From positions 149,112,001 through 149,176,000 of the forward strand of contig CM059432.1 of assembly GCA_030390025.1 (NCBI GenBank): a stretch of DNA of 64,000 nt. Direction: 5' to 3'. Within the stretch, counting starts at the first letter, position 1, and each line of letters opens with the position of its first letter. Of this stretch, positions 61,776 to 64,000 are shown piece by piece. A model generated the notes under the pieces. It was not told the origin of the DNA. It was given only the letters and a program-made list of their open reading frames with translations, and did no database searches. Source of the stretch: Squalus acanthias (lineage: Eukaryota). A program made the translations under genes and the position numbers.

Positions 61776-61841
61776 AGTTCAGCTTACAGTGATGCTCATG
61801 CAGCCAGGAAGAAGCTCTCTACTTCCAATAATGACCTCTTG
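61776..61841 (+). CDS. LRRFIP2: LRRFIP2 cassette exon SSAYSDAHAARKKLSTSNNDLL
   Basis: gtctttcactgccag acceptor, gttagt donor, 66 nt phase 0; aligns with human NHSYSHSHGMKKRSSDSHKDLL (recalled). Confidence 0.87.
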
Positions 61842-62085
61842 GTTAGTTGATTAATGCTTTGCCGGTTATGACAAATGGCCAGAGTTTTCTGTAAAACTGC
61901 CAAATCTAAATCTTGTGAATTGTCTTGTATTGCTTTAGAAACTACAAGTATTGCTCTCATTTTTAATAATGATATTTATACAGTAGCTAAGATTTCACAT
62001 CTGTTTTGACTTGATTCTGTAATTTTGGAAGTATTGAAGTTCTGCCATTCATTCATTCTTTCTCTCTATGATTTGCTTTTCACAG

Positions 62086-62160
62086 AGTGGAATGTACCAT
62101 GACCAAAGAAAGTACAACACCTTACATAGCTCTAAATCCTTCTCCTCCTATTATACTCGG
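62086..62160 (+). CDS. LRRFIP2: LRRFIP2 exon SGMYHDQRKYNTLHSSKSFSSYYTR
   Basis: tttgcttttcacag acceptor, gtctgt donor, 75 nt phase 0; strong match to human SGLYFDQRNYSSLRHSKPTSAYYTR (recalled), which favours LRRFIP2 over LRRFIP1. Confidence 0.92.
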
Positions 62161-64000
62161 GTCTGTCCTTTTATTTCTGCTTATTTACTTCAGTAGAATA
62201 TCTTGCGTTGAGCTTGACTTTGGTGTGTGGGAGACTTTCCTTAAACTAGTTCTATACCTTCTTTTGAGTACTGAAAGATATTTCCAGTTCAGGGATGTAC
62301 ACAGCTTTTACAAACGGTTTGAACTTTTTAAATGAATGTTGATTTAATATACTGGTTTTATTTCCTGTAATGAACAGAACAGAAAAATTGTGAACTTGCC
62401 GTAGACATGTTGTGACTTTGTTCATTTGGATGCGCAATTGCTACTTAAACTTCAAAGTACTCAAATTTTTAATATCATTCAAGACCATTCCAAAAGTAAC
62501 GACCAAGTAAATGATGGGTTATGTCTATTATCATTTTCTGTACAAAGATTTGGTTTGTGTATGAAGCTGTCAGTCGCAGATGAGATAGCAGTACGATGCC
62601 AAAGTGAGAACTATAAATCCGAAACCGCAGCTGTGCATAATGCTCGTGCTGATTGTTTTCTGGAGCTAGAATGGGTGAGGCAAGCAAATGTGGAGGGGAA
62701 AGAAAATGAGAATGAATTAAAATAAGTGTGTAGAAAGTTGATTTGCCAGGCTTTCTATTGCTGGGGAAGAAAGAACTATTTTCAAAAAAATTAGAAGTAG
62801 ATGCCATTGCTGTCAAACGTAGAGGTTTCACTGAAGAGGTGGGCTTTAACTTCTCACTCTTTAGCAACTGGCACCTTTTAATAGTGGCGATGCCAAGGTT
62901 AGCAGTTGATTAGTACAGGTTTTATTTCATTACTTTGTGGATGTCTAAGTTGTGGGGAAAGCATTTTTATTTGTTGATCAACAATGATTGGCTACAAATT
63001 GCCGTTCTGTGTGTCTTCTTTTGATGGCTGTTACTAAATTCTTTCTTCATTAAAACTTCCCACCCTGCCCTCAGGTTCTTATAGCCTCCTTCCATGCATT
63101 GTCTCATTTAAATTCTGGGCTTTAAAAAAAAAAATCAGACCTGGAATTGTCTAAGAAAGACCGAGCTCCTTTTTTTGTGCTATCATGAACTGATGACCTG
63201 ATATTTGCCTGTCATATAGTTTAAGTAGTTTGCAGAAGGTCAAAAGAAATGTATCATTCATTTTGCCGCAGGGTTCCAACACTTTATCTCAGTGCGAGGG
63301 TTGATCTATTTTTCAGAAGCAAATTTTGACCTTGTCTTATCAATATTAATGTCTATAGAGGATATTACTGTGGTAGTTTGCACCACCAGCATTGTAAAAA
63401 CACTTGGGGAAAGTGTAATTACATAACTGCACTTTTATACAGTATGAAGTTTCCGATCAGGCCACACCATGCCCCAGATAGCAGCCATTAGTCATTTCCT
63501 TGGCTTTCTTTCCAAAGGATATCCTGCAAGATTATATGCTATATTTGTAACCCCCTAGACACTTTTTTAACTGTAAGGTGCCTTCAAACTTGCTCCATAA
63601 ATTTATTACAACTGTTAATGCTCCAATTTATGAAAATTATATTATTTGTCGTATTTTCATAGCTCTGCCCAAAATGCTTGCTTTTAAAAAATATATTGCT
63701 TAAATATTGTGTCACATTTGAAATAACTCTGCTCACTTCTGGCTGCTTTAAAAAAAACAGTGTGGGGTCCAGTGGACCTTCCATTTGAAATCCCAATGGT
63801 TTGGGTACATGTAACTATTTCTAATAATCTGATCTGCCAGGGGTGGAAGCGAAAGCATTTTTCGCTTCCAATTCCTGGCCAAGGACACTGTCTCTCAATC
63901 CTCTATTGAAAACCTCTCTGCCCTATGCTCATTTGTCCTTTCACTCTGTTAATTATGAGAAGTCGCACAACACCAGGTTATAGGCCAACAGTTTTATTTG

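Noticed and set aside
63000..63300. Possible next LRRFIP2 exon after acceptor-like sites near 63074 and 63271
   Set aside because: Translations do not resemble the expected downstream peptide (recalled as QSSSLYSD..) and good donors are absent

Overview
Eukaryotic, repeat-rich genomic DNA, almost certainly from a cartilaginous fish (shark or ray): it carries HE1-type V-SINEs with CR1-derived tails, Deu-SINE-like elements, dense CR1 LINEs and Penelope elements. The window lies inside a large + strand gene that I identify as LRRFIP2 from seven short phase-0 coding exons missed by the ORF track (34044-34130, 42258-42305, 49521-49571, 49730-49777, 57193-57246, 61776-61841, 62086-62160). I did not find the start exon or the C-terminal coiled-coil exons, which are probably outside the window. 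Almost all long ORFs are CR1 reverse-transcriptase fragments or their antisense shadows. The most interesting signal is a family of short Penelope terminal-repeat insertions carrying a minimal hammerhead-ribozyme motif (CUGANGA-stem-GAAACGUU). They have 10-16 bp target-site duplications, repeatedly form head-to-head hairpins, and are often truncated right at the ribozyme core. Also notable are a young CR1 inserted about 35 nt upstream of an exon acceptor, an intron that duplicated its own branch point, a candidate internal promoter, and an unexplained coding-like antisense stretch. Repeat boundaries are read by eye and approximate unless defined by TSDs or TIRs. Homology calls come from memory, not from database searches.
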